Below are positions 22,081 through 35,720 of a DNA stretch of 64,000 nt, one piece after another. The stretch's first letter is position 1. Each line of letters begins with the position of its first letter. The position numbers and the translations under genes are program-made. Where the stretch lies: contig NC_092370.1 in assembly GCF_030028105.1 (NCBI RefSeq), forward strand, positions 114,354,443 through 114,418,442, given 5' to 3'. This DNA comes from Mobula birostris. Its lineage: Eukaryota. Below the pieces are notes generated by a model. That model ran no database searches, was not told where the DNA came from, and saw nothing but the letters and a program-made list of their open reading frames with translations.

Positions 22081-25000
22081 ATGTAAAGCCCTCGATTCGG
22101 TCCTTACAGTCAGGCAAAAATTCACTTGCGAATCTGCTGGGGTCATCTACTGTGTCCAATACCCCCGTTGTGGCTTGCTCTACATTGGTAAGACACTTTG
22201 TAAACTGGGGGACCACTTTGCGGAACACCTCCCCATCGTTTAAAAGCGAAAGTTCCCGGTGGCTAAGCATTTTAATTCTGATTCACACTGCAGTTCTGAC
22301 ATGTCACTCCATAGCCTCCTCTTGTGCCACGATGAGACTACTTTCAGAACACCCTGTATTCGGTCCAGGTAGACTCCAACCCATATGGCATAAATATCAA
22401 AATATTCTATTTTGCTCCCCTCTTCTTCTATTCCCCATTCTGTCTCCTTATCTCTTCTCAACTGCCTGTCAGTTCACCCTGGTCCTTCCTTCTTTCCTGT
22501 CTTCTATGGTACACTTTTCTCCCCTATTCGATTCCTTCTTCTCCCGCCGTTTACCTTCCCCACCCACTTTGCTTCACCTATCAAGATCTAGCTATCCTCT
22601 ATCCCCTCCCCACCCAGTCTTTTATTCTGTCGTCTTCCTATTCCTTTCCAGTCGTGAAGGTGGGCCTCAGCCCGAAACGTAGACTGTTTATTCATTTGCA
22701 TAGATGGTATCTGTCCTGCCGAGTTCCTGCAGAATTTGGTCTGTATTGTTTTCAATTGCCAGCACCTGCAGAATCCGTGGTGTTAATATAAACAGAGTTC
22801 ACGTTTTGGGTCAGATTGCTTCAGGTTAGTGATCTTTCCTGCGCGGGTATTAGAGGTTATTTGCGACATTCCGAAGCATTTCTGCGATCTGCAAGTCACA
22901 TGATAAAGACTTACACAGAACATAAATAAGCCTTCAGGGTGCAGAAATCTTCAAAATGCCCCCGTCTAGATTACTCCTACAGAACGAAAGGGTGCAGGAA
23001 GCACAAATGTTTATGTTCCCTTTTATATAATGTCCAGAAATGGGACATACTATACATCACAGGTCCTCAATTGTCACTGAATCAAAATCTTGGAGCTCAC
23101 TCACAGCAGAGAGCGAAAAGCACCTTCACAAGAAGGACTGCAGCCTCCGAAGAGGTAGCTCATCCCAACTTTATGGATACCTGGCTATCATGTGCCTAGC
23201 AGATGGTAGAAATGCTTTGGGATGTCAGGCTGCGAGTAGGATCCCCATCCGCTTACCGGCTCCTGTAGCTACTGTTGTAGCAGGGAGGGCATTAAACGCC
23301 GATCTCGAAAAAGGACACCCGAATCCCAAACTGTGAGTGAAAGAAGATCGTGGAAGCAATTAAGTTCATTATTTAAATTTATTATTTCAATCACTTCATC
23401 ATAGGTGCTGCTGGTCTCCCAATAACACTAATGAATGATTGGGATCTACTCCGCCACAGACGGACGCAAGCCCGTCTGCGAAAGGAGGGTGGTTGGGCGT
23501 GGAATTAGCAACACCATCTCGTAAAATCTCAGAACTACAGAAACGCCAACAGAAGCTCCCTGGGAGAGTAAGGATAGGCCAAGGAGATAGGCTACACTTT
23601 GGGACAACTTGAAAGACTGACCCTGGACAGAGGACTCTGACGAGCTGCTGTTGGCGACCAATGCCCCAATAGGGGTAATAGCCTTCAGTAAAGGAAGTAT
23701 GATTGGGATCTATCTGGTTAGTAAACATGATCAGATGTGTATTAATATTCCGATAAAAACAGTATTTTAGACTGACCGATTGAAAGAAGACTTCGAATAG
23801 CCTCCACATATTTCCACTCTGCCCTATATCCCTGAGAGCTGCTATCGAGCAGATGTGACGAAGAGAGTTGGTGTAAGAACTGGCAGAACTAGGCCACGGT
23901 CGAGTATGCCGTTACTTGTCGTAGGGCACTTGTGCTATCCCATCCCGCACCCCGTTTCCTTGGAGGAGGTGGGCACCAGCGGCGGGGATACGCAGCAGGA
24001 CGTAAGACGTGGCAACAGAAACAGGCCATCCGGCTCTTCCATCCTTTTGAACGTTCGTCAAGATGACGATTGGTGTCCCTCAGCGCTGTTGTTGCATTGC
24101 ATCCCCACAACCACCGAGTGGCGATAACAGCTGGCGGACTGCGGAGATGAGGACGGAAATTCCCTAGTCCACCCATACATCACTTTCAACTAAATTTCCT
24201 GCAGTCGAGGGACATGACGAACGGAATGCAAAGGAGGATTAAAAACGGACCTCTTTATTAACCATTTCTTTTTTTTTAACTCGGTGAGAGCTGAAAAATT
24301 CATTTTACTATGAACCATAGTACAACGGCAATGAAAACAGCGGCTCGTTTCCCGCTGGCTTCTGGTCACATGGTTTCATTGACACTCTGCTCCGAAAGCC
24401 CCACTGAATTCTCAATAGACAATTGTAATGTATTCTTCGTGTAGTCATTGCAACTTTATAGTTTGTTCAACCCTGCGCTCAGCGGTGGTTGCGGTCTTCC
24501 CCGATTTTATAATGTCTAGAATGCAGCTCACTTCCGATCTTGGTTCTTGTTCTGTGAGAGCGAATGCTAGACACCTACACCAACCACCCCACTCCCGCTT
24601 GGCGCACGTGGAAACGCGAATCTTTTAGGGCGGGGTGCGGGAAGTGGGTTTCCTATCCTGATGCAGAAACGTCGGCGTCCTTCTTCCCCTATTGATGCTG
24701 CCTGACCACATGTCTTCAATACGTTGCTTTTTATTGTTCCAGATACCTACTCTTCCTGTTTTTAGAGTGTCTTATTGTTATGGCAGTTCGTCAGATTTCC
24801 ATGAACGCACTCCACTGGAAGATACACCGAATTTCCCGATTTGAATACAGGGAACACTTTTAAACGGATTATATTTTAAAACTACTACATGCAGACAAAA
24901 ATATCCAGAACACTAATCCTAACCGCTTTTGGACCCAATTATACATCCTTTAATAACTTTGGTTGTCATAAGTCCGTCAATGCTTGATTTAAGCATTTAA

Positions 25001-25889
25001 TTGATGACGAGCATCCATCGCCATCATGGACCAAAATTCGTCCTTCCAAAGCCCTCTGTGTGTACAGGGTTGGTTTGATTCATTTTCTCGCGTGTTCGAC
25101 TTTCCAGATGTATAAATTTACCCTCAAACAAAGAAAGTACCCAGAGTTGGTACAAATTAATCTCAGATACAGGACGATAGTGATCAGTTGGGAAGAAGAC
25201 CAGAGCATTGGCAAATGAATTTTAATCAAAATATATGTGATTCGAGGCATTTATGGGAGGACTAATAAGGCCAAATCATACATATTGCACAGTCGGGCAC
25301 CAGGGAAAATGACAAACCGAGCATTGAATACAAGTCTAAGGATCCCTACAGGCAGAATCACCGGCAGACAGGGCGAAGACGATGACGTGCGAGAAACGTG
25401 CGCTCGTTGACCAGGGCTTAGAGTATAAGAACAGCGAGTCTCGGACACTATTTAACGTTTATATGACCAAAGAATGTGTGCTGTTCTGGTTACTAACTAT
25501 AGGGAGGATGCGATTGTACGGGAGAGGGTGCAGAGGACGATCGTCATGATGTTACCTGTGGTGGAGAATTTCCGTGATGAGAAGACACTGAAGCGTCTGA
25601 GTTCTGAGGAAACCGACGTAAACAAAACTAAGAGGGGCATAGACCGGATTGACGTTCGGAAACTATCCCTCGTAGTTGAGATGCAGAACACCCAAGTCCA
25701 CAGGTTTAAGGTAAAGTGTGAAATATCTAGCTAATTCACTTGCATATTAACCCTCCTACTGCGTCCTTCTACTGATGAAGAGAAATGAAGAACAACGTCT
25801 TGCTTAAAATTTTAAATCTAATTTTCAAATATCTCTATTGCCTTTTCTCGGCAGTCTTTTCGTACAATTAGTTCCACGTTTCTTTAAAA

Positions 25890-26015
25890 ACGCAAACACG
25901 AGGAATTCTGCAGATGCTGGAAGTCCTGACGAAGGGTCTCGGACTGAAACGTCGACTGTACCTCTTCCTAGAGATGCTGCCTGGCCTGCTGCGTTCACCA
26001 GCAACTTTGATGTGT
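25890..26015. repeat. Collapsed copy of the Penelope-associated repeat (left terminus joined to an inverted right terminus)
   Basis: AAACACGAGGAATTCTGCAGATGCTGGAA is joined to GTCCTGACGAAGGGTCTCGG...CACCAGCAACTTTGATGTGTG. Confidence 0.7.
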
Positions 26016-26496
26016 GCCCCACGTTTCTTGATCTTGTTCGTCCTTGAAATTAATTACTGAACAACTGGCAGTCTTTATATAGTGGATTCCTGAACTCTGA
26101 AACTTCACCCTGAACCTTCCTGCTTGCCACCTATCATCTTTCTCTTAGGACGGTCATTAAGATCTATCGTTTTCATCAAAATGGGATCCCTCGTTTCCCC
26201 ATTTTTCTGTTTGGTAATGCTTCTATATTCATTATTGCTTTTGTAAGTGCTTTATTAATAGAAGTTGTTGTGAAAAGATTAAATGTTTCAAATAATGAGA
26301 TAAAGTGACTTAATTGAGTAAAAATACTCATCCAAGTAATATGGACATTGCAGACAGAGCCAACATTACAGAAAATTCCTAAGTCTAATTTCAAACAGTG
26401 GGATATTTTCTTCTGCGTGTTCATTAGTGCTGTGAAAATGAAACCAGCTACAGTAGAAATGCATTACTCCATGAAGAAACAAATCGCAGGGTATAC

Positions 26497-29400
26497 TGTC
26501 ACGTACCCCGTGACAGGAATAAAGAACCAGCAGAGATGGAAGGCACTTTGGAGTCCAGTTATTTTGCTTCGACCATTTTGTAAACTTTCCTTGGCAAAGT
26601 CACAAAGCTCATTAAATCTTTTCCAGAATTTGAAAACATAATTAAGCACACTGACATATTTTTCTAAATCAGACCATAGTTCTCTGAATAGGGTCAAAGG
26701 TCCTTTTGGCCTGTAACTGAACACAGGTTCCAACAAACTACCTTTCTGAATCGAATCTCCAAAAATAAATAAGAGGAGGGGAACCCCCTCATCCCAATTT
26801 TTCACATCTCTCACAGAATGTGCTTCAATCATAGTCTTAAGAGTTGAGTTGAGCTGTTCCAAGGCTCCCTTGGACTCTGTGTGATATGTAGATGACACCA
26901 TGTGTTTAACTTCCAATTCTCTAACTATCCCCTGGAATGTCCTCGAAGTAAATTTATTGCCCTGGTCAAATTTAATTTCTTTGGCCGGACCTACCAGTGT
27001 GAAAAACTTACTGAATGCTGTTATCACAGTCTTGGCATCGATGTTTTCAAAAGACATCACTTCAGGGAACCTAGACACAGCATACACAATTGTTAGCATA
27101 TACTGATAACCAGCTGCCGTCTTTCACAATGGGCCCACACAATTCACTACATCCTTCCTTAAAGGAGGCCAGTAAAATTCCTTCACAATCCTATTCACTG
27201 TCTCTCTCACTTCATGATGTCCACCTAAACACATGCTGTAAGCCATGCTTAAAATTTCAGCCCTGAAAACTTCCAGAACCACCACGTGACTTGCAAGCAC
27301 TGTGGCTGGTCTCCACCTCCTCATCAACACCCCATCTTTAAGGTAATATCCCACGGACTCTCTCTGAACCTCCTCTCCTGTGAGAGCCATCTCCCTTAAA
27401 GCCACCATTCCAGAATTTGGCGTCTGTTCCTCTGTAAATTCCTTCTTCAATAAAGACAAACCTTTCTCATACAGCTTACCCTTCTCAGCCTTACTACCCT
27501 CTAAGTCCTGCTGAAATCTGGAAGGTAGAAAAGTCTGTGATACATCATTATTAATTTAAACCTCTGGTTTTGCTATCGTAGGCCTCAACAGGCTGCTTAC
27601 CCATGCTAATCAGCTGAACAGCCTTATCCATCAGCTGAATTGCTGAAACACTCTTATCTTGGAGAGGCGTCAACCTGCCTCCATTGTTTATTAAACTCAG
27701 TACCATTATCAGGCTGATGAGAATCGTGTATACATTATGAAAGAGACCAAACAAACCGTTCATCAAATTCCTCCGACTTTCACTATGCCTTGCTTCCATA
27801 GGAACTTCCACTCCAAAACCATAACAATTCTTCTTTTCCTCAACAACATAACCTTGCATGTGCTTAAATGTCCAAACAAAATTCCACAGAGCATTACATC
27901 TTTTCTCAGCAGGCCTCTGTCCTGCAAGCAGGGTCAAAGGTCACGCAACCAATTACCTAGCACTTTATCCAAAAGTCCAGGAGCAACACTTTTCCCATTA
28001 TTTTCAGCAACACTGACCTCGCTAGTTTTTAAAACACGGTCTAATATAAGTGACTGAGAATCCTCACATTCCGCTGGTACCAAGGTTAACCCCTTATTCA
28101 GCGAACCAAGATCATCTGGCACAACAAAACTGCATTCTTTTCCAACCAAGCCAGGCACCTCAGACTTCAACTGAGCTTTAGCATAAGGTTCAGAATCCTG
28201 TGAACTCACATGTACTTCAACAACCTGGACACATTCAATCGGACAGCTGCCTCTTCTGGGCTGTCATCACTTGTCCCAGCTTCAAATTCAAGGTCACCCC
28301 AAACCTCACAGCTGTTCTCTGGCAAACTCTTTTCTGAAGTAAACCTAACCCTCGTGGGTTAAAACTTCTTCGTCTCCTTTCTTATCAAACCCCTCCAGGG
28401 TAGCGGTATCCTCTGCATCTGGGTATGCCCTTACATAATCAAGAACACAACTTTTAAATTCATCACCCAAAACAAACCCTTCCGAGCTGCAAAACTCATC
28501 AGGGTCCAACACTGAATCTCTTTGCTGCAACCTCTCCCTGTCATGGTCCGGTCCGTGAAGTCCGTATTCCAGTTCACGGACCTAGCTTCCTTCCTGTCCC
28601 TTGCCACCACCCAGGTAAGCCAAGCCGTCTTGCCGTTACCTGGAGTTGGTTCTGTCCCTTCCTGTCCCTTGCCTCCGTCAGGTAAGCCAGGCTGTCTTGC
28701 CGTTACCTGCGGTTGGTTCTGTCCCTTCCTGTCCCATGCCTCCGTCGTGTGGTAAACCGCACCCTGCCCAGGAGTACCGCGCCCTGCCCAGGTGAACCGC
28801 GCCCTGCCCCAGTGGAGCCTGCCTAGCCTCAAGCCTGAAGACTCCAGCCTCGTCCTGCCTGCCTGCCAAGCCTCGCCCTTGCCTAGTTCTGGGGTCCGAA
28901 CCAGCGGCAAGACCCAGGTACTGGGTCCTTGTCCAGTCTCTGGCTCGGAGTCCAAGCCCGGGCTCCTAGCTCACTTGTCCAGTCCTGTTCCAGGTTCCTG
29001 GTTTTCCTGTCCATGTCCTTGCCCTCAGCCTGTATCCTAGTCCTGTCCCTAGTACTTCAGTGTCTGCGTCTTGCACTTGGGTCCAGTCCCAGCCACCCTC
29101 CGTATGACACTCCCTTTTAAACTGTCTCTGCATTTCTGCCACGTGATCTTCACTTCGCCATTTCTCCCTTTCTAGCTGTCTCTGTCTTTCTGCCTCTTCT
29201 GACCCTCCTCTTTTCTGATTCAACAACCTCGAGCTGTTTTAATTTCAATTCATGCTCCATTCTTAATTTTTCCAACTGAAGCTGAAGCTCATCCTCAGCA
29301 GATTCACCTTCCATGAACAACTCTAACACCTCCTCATCAAACGTTCCCTTATCTATATAATGCTAAGCTATTATCGTCCGCATCTGAGCTTTCCTCATCA

Positions 29401-30483
29401 TAGTGGTGACCTTTAGTTTTAACTTATGAGCAATTCGCGACAGCACAACCCTCGTAGCATCATCCAATGCTTCCGGGGCTGGTTCCAACATAAACTCCTC
29501 AACAGTAACATCCATTTCTGCTGTATTTCCACACAACCAAATTCAAGGGAATTTTTCCCAATCAATTCAAAACAACCTGCTGACCAATTTGTTCATATCC
29601 CGGACGCAGGCCCCAATTTATGTCACGTACCCCGTGACGGGAATAAAGAACCAGCAGAGATGGACAACACATTGGAGTCCAGTATTGTTATAAACTAATA
29701 ATATCTATTAGTAACTACGCAATACAGTAATATAAATGTAAATAAATCAAACAGGTTAGCAATGATTATATATATATATATAAGTAAGTATATCAGTAAG
29801 TGTGGGAATATATGTGTGAAAAACCAAGTTTCTTTAAGTCTAGGGGTAAATAGATACAGTCTTACGATGATGAGTAAAGTTCAGTTCAGTTCAGTTCGTG
29901 GTATTGAGTTCACTAGTGATGGAGAGAAAGAGAGAGAGAGATTTCAGTCTTCAGGCGAGCTGACGCCGTTGATCTTCTCGTCGTCCTTCGAAATCGTTTC
30001 AAAGTCACAGACAGGGGAGCGGTTTTCTGTGGTGGAGCTATCCCCCAGGCGAGGGTGGACACATGGACAATTCTCCACCAGTCAACCCCTTTTCCCTTCT
30101 TTCCACTGCAAGAGCGATGGATCAATCCGCCAAAACCCACTTTTTCTGCGGGAAGAACAATGCTCATTCAGTGTCCAAACATGTGTCTGAGATCTGTATC
30201 ATCTGACCTCCTATTTTATCTCACCGTACTGGGTACCACCTGTCATTCAAATAACTCCTCTTTCCTCTCTGTGTAGAAAAGCACAAGCAGGTGAACTGTC
30301 TTCAGTCACCATAGCAACTTCCAAGCTGTTCGGTGCTGTCTCCAACTCCAAACTCAGTAGAAATCCAAAGTTACTTCCAGTGCCTTAAAGTGACAGTCCA
30401 ACCGTTAATCATCGTCTCTCTCTCTCTCTCTCTCTCTCTCTTCAAAAGCACTGTTAATAGGGGTACTTCAGGATCGCCTCACA
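26497..30483 (-). mobile_element. Internally deleted Gmr1-like Ty3/gypsy LTR retrotransposon (5' LTR 29621-30483, gag remnant, integrase, stub of 3' LTR 26497-26560)
   Basis: TGT...ACA LTR; tRNA-Pro-like primer-binding site (PBS) at 29597-29615; gag remnant GDEFKSCV.DYVRAY...EEVLTH; integrase HHCC region (GGHHEVRETVNRIVKEFYWP) and core (SRFPE, DQGNKFTS, YHTESKGALE); 4-bp TSD ATAC/ATAG. Confidence 0.85.
28539..29109 (+). mobile_element. LTR-like insertion (family B, probable solo LTR) nested in the Gmr1-like gag
   Basis: TGTCATGGTCCGG...TATGACA ends with a perfect 5-bp TSD CTCCC. Confidence 0.85.
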
Positions 30484-32876
30484 ATAGCGATTGAAATTAT
30501 GATCCAAAGCCAATATCTCAGAGCCTAATCAAATTCCTGGCATCGTCAGGTAAACCAGCAACAGTAAAAGCAAGATGAAAGTCAAGGGATTATGAACTGC
30601 AACTTTTCTACAACTACACTTAAGCTGCATTTTGATAATCATATTTTAATTTCTGTGATATGCAGAAGTTTGAAGATTATTTCAGTCCAAATAACACTGG
30701 TAGCAATTGCACAACTGCATTTCCATGTGTCTATGTAGTATCATCTACGCTCTGCATGTTTGTCCTTTCATACTTCAGGAACTTCTAACCATAAGTCACT
30801 AGTCTAACTGCAATGCAGTGGGCATCTTTGAATGTCGTTATCTTTGTCACATTCCACAGACAGAACTTATATGGCATGAATGGTTTCTGCCATCTCATAT
30901 TAGCATGCGTTTTCTCGACTTAGTGCTGTTTGTTGTTTGCGATATTGTTTGTTGATAGCATGTTCTTTACAGTTAATCTCTATCATATCAATTATTATTC
31001 TTATACCGGAAATGAATTGCATAATGATTTAAAATATTTTCCTACAAGTTAGTTTAATATCTAGATATGGCAGGCTATCAGTCCAGGTGTTGTCTTTTAT
31101 TAGAAAACACTTCGCAAAGTTTGGAAATGTTCACATCACTTACACAATTTTAATTATCCTAATTCATCTCTTCAATGGATGCTAATCAGAATCAGAATCA
31201 TGTTTATTATCACCGGCATATGACGTGAAATTTGCTAACTTAGCAACAGCAGCTCAGTGCAATACATAATCGAGCAGAGAGTGAGAAAAATAATAATAAT
31301 AAATAAAATAAAGCATAATAAATAAAAAGGCAAATCACTTATGTATATTGAATAGATTATTTTAAAAATATGCAAAAACAGAAATACTGTGTATTAAAAA
31401 AGTGAGGTAGTGTCCAAAACTTCAGTCCATTTAGGAATCGGACGGCAGAGGGGAAGAAGCTGTTCCTGAATCGCTGAGTGTGTGCACATAATCACACATA
31501 AAGTCATTGTGAAATGAATCAAATACTAACAGAAAATTTTCGGAATGGGATGTAACTTACTATCAAAATATAATGTGAATTTGAAAATGTAGGTGAAGAA
31601 AGACAAGGCTCTGAAGAAAAGAAGCTTTCATCGCAGTGATTTCCTTAGTATCAGTGATGATTTGCATCTTAGGACTGCTGAAGCAATAGTTAGAGGCCTT
31701 CCAGGTTCCCTCTTTATGATCAATAAAGGAACCTCCAATGGGAATGGTGGCTTTCCACAGATGACTGATATTGTTTACTCAGTGAATGTTGAGCTTTTCT
31801 GTTTTATTATTTTATAAGGGATTTCAGAGGATCGTTAGAAAAGGAGCGAATGATTTCCGGAAAATGCTATCAAAAAAGTTTGTGGATTCAGATATAATCA
31901 CTATTTTTGAGACACATTTCGACAAATACTTGAGTAGACGGAGCATGGACAGGCAAGGACAAACTAGGAAAATGCAGATTTGTTGCTGGAAGGTTTTCTG
32001 AGGGTGGAGATTTCGGAGGATTTGCAAAGGCAAGACTGCTTAGGGATAGTCCGGATAGTCAGTACATGGAAATGCCACCTGTCGTGAACTTGGTTGACAT
32101 TATTTAAAAAGTGAGTAAGAATACTAATGAGGGTAGGGATTTGTCTATGTGGACTTTAGCAAGACCTTGTAGAAGAATCTGCATGGCAGTCTGCTTTCAA
32201 GGTAAGATTACCATGGAGCCAGGGTGTGCGAGCCATAAGGATACCAATTGCGTTGTAGTAGGAGCCAGAGAATGTCAATAGAGGGCTGTCTTGCAGCTTG
32301 GAGGCCCGTGTACCTAATACTGCGCAAAAATCTTACGCACGGTGGGATATCTAAGATCTTTGCATGGTACTGCAGTTGTCAACGAGAAGCGTTGTTTGTA
32401 ATTCTGGCAAGAACAAGTGATGCTGGGAATGGCGAAGGGGGGGAGTGTAGGACAGATGCAAGAGAGGGAGTGCCGGGGCGGAGGTTGCGCGGTGTAGGCA
32501 CACCGAGTCCTGAAACACGAGGCAAAGTCATTTGATTCCAAGTAATTGATTTATTGATCATTACAGTATGTCTCCCTGCTGTTTCCCGCTCCCTCCTCTT
32601 TTCCAAATCACAATTCCACTCTCCCTACCCACTTCCCCCTCTCAGTCCACAAAAGAGACCCATATCAGAATCAGGTTAATCATCGCTCACATATGTCATG
32701 GAATTTGTATTTTTTTTACGACAGCAGTACAGAGCAAGCATACAATTAATACACTACTCTGCTAAAGACTGAGGCATCCTAGCTATATATATGTGTACTG
32801 TATTTCGAAGTTTTCTGTGTAACTATGTAATATTTCTCTCTATAAAAATATGAAATTACCTTTAATGGCAGACTTA

Positions 32877-34577
32877 TGTCACAATGGCGGGGAATTGGGA
32901 GCGAGGGTGGACCAAATGCAAGACACACCTTATGGGGTTAATTAGATTTAGTTTATTGTTCGATACCATGAGAGCTAGGCAGGTGTAGGAATAGCGAACT
33001 GGACAAGGACTGAGGACTACGAATAGGCTGGGACCAAGGGTCTGGACTTGGACTCAGAATCGGCTCCTAGAACTAGAGGAGACATGAAGAGGCTAGGGTA
33101 TGGGCTCCGAGCCCCAGACTGGGCAAGGACCCAGTATCTGGGTCTTGCCTCGGGCTAGGATCCAGAACCAGGCATGGATATAACATGGACTAGGGAGAGG
33201 AGGAACATGGGTACACAGAGCCTCGGTCTCGGGAGAACAGGTACATGGAACCATGGACACATACACAGAACACAGAGTCGGGATCCCTCCTTGGATACAG
33301 GACATAGGGCCGGAACTCACACACAGAACAGAGAGCCGGGACCCCTCCTTGGGTACAGGACATAGGGCCGGGACTCAAGACCCTCCGCGGGGCAACGGCA
33401 AGATGGCCTGACTTACCACACGGAGGCGAGGACAAGACGAGACAAGACATGACCCCCCGCGGGGAAAAGATAAGACGGCCTGACTTATCCCACGGAGGGA
33501 AGGACAGGACAAGACCAACACGAAAGCACACCAGACAGCACCTATCTAGCTCCGAAGATAGAACTAGACCGAAGTGCAGGTGTGGGCTGCAGACGAGGGT
33601 TAGAGGCGAGAGGGGCAGAGAAGGGATTCAGACAGGGGGGTAGGACAGGAATCACAGACCGCCAGCGCCAGGACTTGACTCGGAACTGAGAAGCCGCCAG
33701 GACCAGGGCTTGACTTGGTGCTTGAATGCCGCCAGGGCCAGGACTTGACTTGGTGCTTGACTGCCGACAGGGCCAGGACTTGACTTGGTGCTTGACTGCC
33801 CCCAGGGCCAGGACTTGACTTGGTGCTTGACTGCCGCCAGGGCCAGGACTTGACTTGGTGCTTGACTGCCGCCAGGGCAAGGACTTGACTTCATGCTTGA
33901 CTGCCGCCGGGGCCAGGACTTGACTTCGTGCTTGACTGCCGCCGGGGCCAGGACTTGACTTGGTGCTTGACTGCCGCCGAGGCCAGGACTTGACTTGGTG
34001 CTTGACTGCCGCCAGGGCAAGAACTTGACTTCATGCTTGACTGCCGCCGGGAACAGGACTTGACTTCGTGCTTGACTGCCGCCGGGGCCAGGACTTGACT
34101 TGGTGCTTGACTGCCGCCGAGACCAGGACTTGACTTGGTGCTTGAATGCCGCCGGAGCCAGGACTTGACTTGGAGCCTCCACGTAGTGGCGAACTCTCGA
34201 CTTGGCCCGGGAACAGTAGACAGCGGTTCTTGATGCCCTCCGGCAGGGTTAACTGACGGACCCACCTCGGTGAGGAAACTTTGCAGGCTCGCTTTGGCGA
34301 GGTAACTGGACAGGGTTGCTCCGGTGAGGAAGGGCGAATTACCGGCACACGCTTCGGCAGAGACTAGGCTTGCTCCGGCCAGATGGCATTGGCACACCGT
34401 ACCTTGGTGACTTTGCAGATGTTCCCGCGCCGAACGGCTGAAAGCCGGAGACTATAAGCTACCGGTTCAGCCGAACGTTAATTGTCTCTAATCACCAAAG
34501 TCGAGGGACACCGGAAAACAGGGAATCAACGGTCCGGATCGTCACATAAACAAGGTAAATTTAAAGGGACCATGACA
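32877..34577 (-). mobile_element. Family B LTR-like insertion carrying a minisatellite
   Basis: TGTCACAATGG...GGACCATGACA ends with a perfect 5-bp TSD ACTTA. Confidence 0.88.
33658..34180. repeat. 35-bp minisatellite, about 15 copies
   Basis: Unit GCCGCCAGGGCCAGGACTTGACTTGGTGCTTGACT with starts at 33728, 33763, 33798 and onward. Confidence 0.95.
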
Positions 34578-35681
34578 ACTTAAACCTTTTTCATTCCATG
34601 GAACACCGCCACAAACAATACACCTGAAGTCTCTTGGACAATTGTTCTGGTTATGAGAATGTGCAGCAAATAAGCACAGAGTATTACCTTGGAAGCACAG
34701 GAAAAGAGTTCCTCAGGGATGCTGGGGGCACTATTATTCATCGTCTGGATCAGAATGCAGATGGTGTGGTTAATAAGTTTGCAGACTACATCAAAGTTGT
34801 AATCGGTCAGCTTAGAAAGTTGTAAAACTTTACGAGAGGAAATATGGTTAAAGGTATAGCAGATGGAATTTAACTCGAGGAGATTTGAAATGTTGCATTT
34901 TGGTAACTTAAAGCAGGACAGGATTTACACAGTAGCGGATGTAAAGCAGAGGGATCGAGGGGCACAACCGTATAGTTCCCTGCAGGTGGAAACATGAATG
35001 GATAGGCTGGCGAAGTCTTCGTTTGGCACGCAGTCTTTCACGAGTTAGTTCATTGATTACAGCAGTTGGGATAAAATATTGCTTTACAAAATATTGGTGA
35101 AACCATACTTGGAGTATGATAACGCACGCAAAATGCTGGAGGAGCTGAAAAGGTCAGACAGCATCTATGCAGAAGAAATAAACAGTTGAAGTTTCTGTCC
35201 TGATTGGTTTGGAATTCCAGCATCTGAAGATTTTCCCCTGTAGTTTAGAGTATGGTATTCATTTCTGATAGATTTGGGATTTAGCCCCGAGAGTGTAGGA
35301 GGCTTTGGAAGAGATATAGAGGTATGTAAAATCATGTGCGCACAGCTATAGTGATGGTCACAATGAATGACTTGGGAAGAAGGACGTTTCCGTGCTAGAT
35401 AACTCTGAAAGGCAGGCGAATGGGATAAATGCAGGTTAGAAAATGGCCCGAATGACCGGTTTGCGTTCTGTACAAGTCCATAACCCGAGCTCAGATCAAG
35501 GACAATTGGAATGAAGTTTTGGCTCATTGTGATCACGCGACCGGGTTTTCTGTGAACGTTAGTAGGTTTTCAGGCTCTTCGCTCGTATTCATTCATGAAA
35601 TTTGGATCCATGTTTATAGTCCATCGCAAATTTATCCAAACAGCTTGGTCAGTGAACACGTTATGCACAAGGTATCCGATG

Positions 35682-35720
35682 GGTTTATGTACTGGCTTCC
35701 CTTCGCATTTGGCCACTGTG
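35682..35720 (-). other. 23-RSS of V3
   Basis: CACAGTG, 23 nt, ACATAAACC. Confidence 0.92.

Noticed and set aside
23300-23520. Apparent plus-strand leader-intron-exon unit (GTGAGT near 23331, AG near 23404)
   Set aside because: The downstream frame has no Ig-V features, hits a stop within about 35 codons, and no RSS follows.
33542-34397. Repetitive 105-176-aa ORFs, or a CRISPR-like array
   Set aside because: These are translation artefacts of a 35-bp minisatellite (three units give a 35-aa period). There are no unique spacers, and the context is a eukaryotic LTR.
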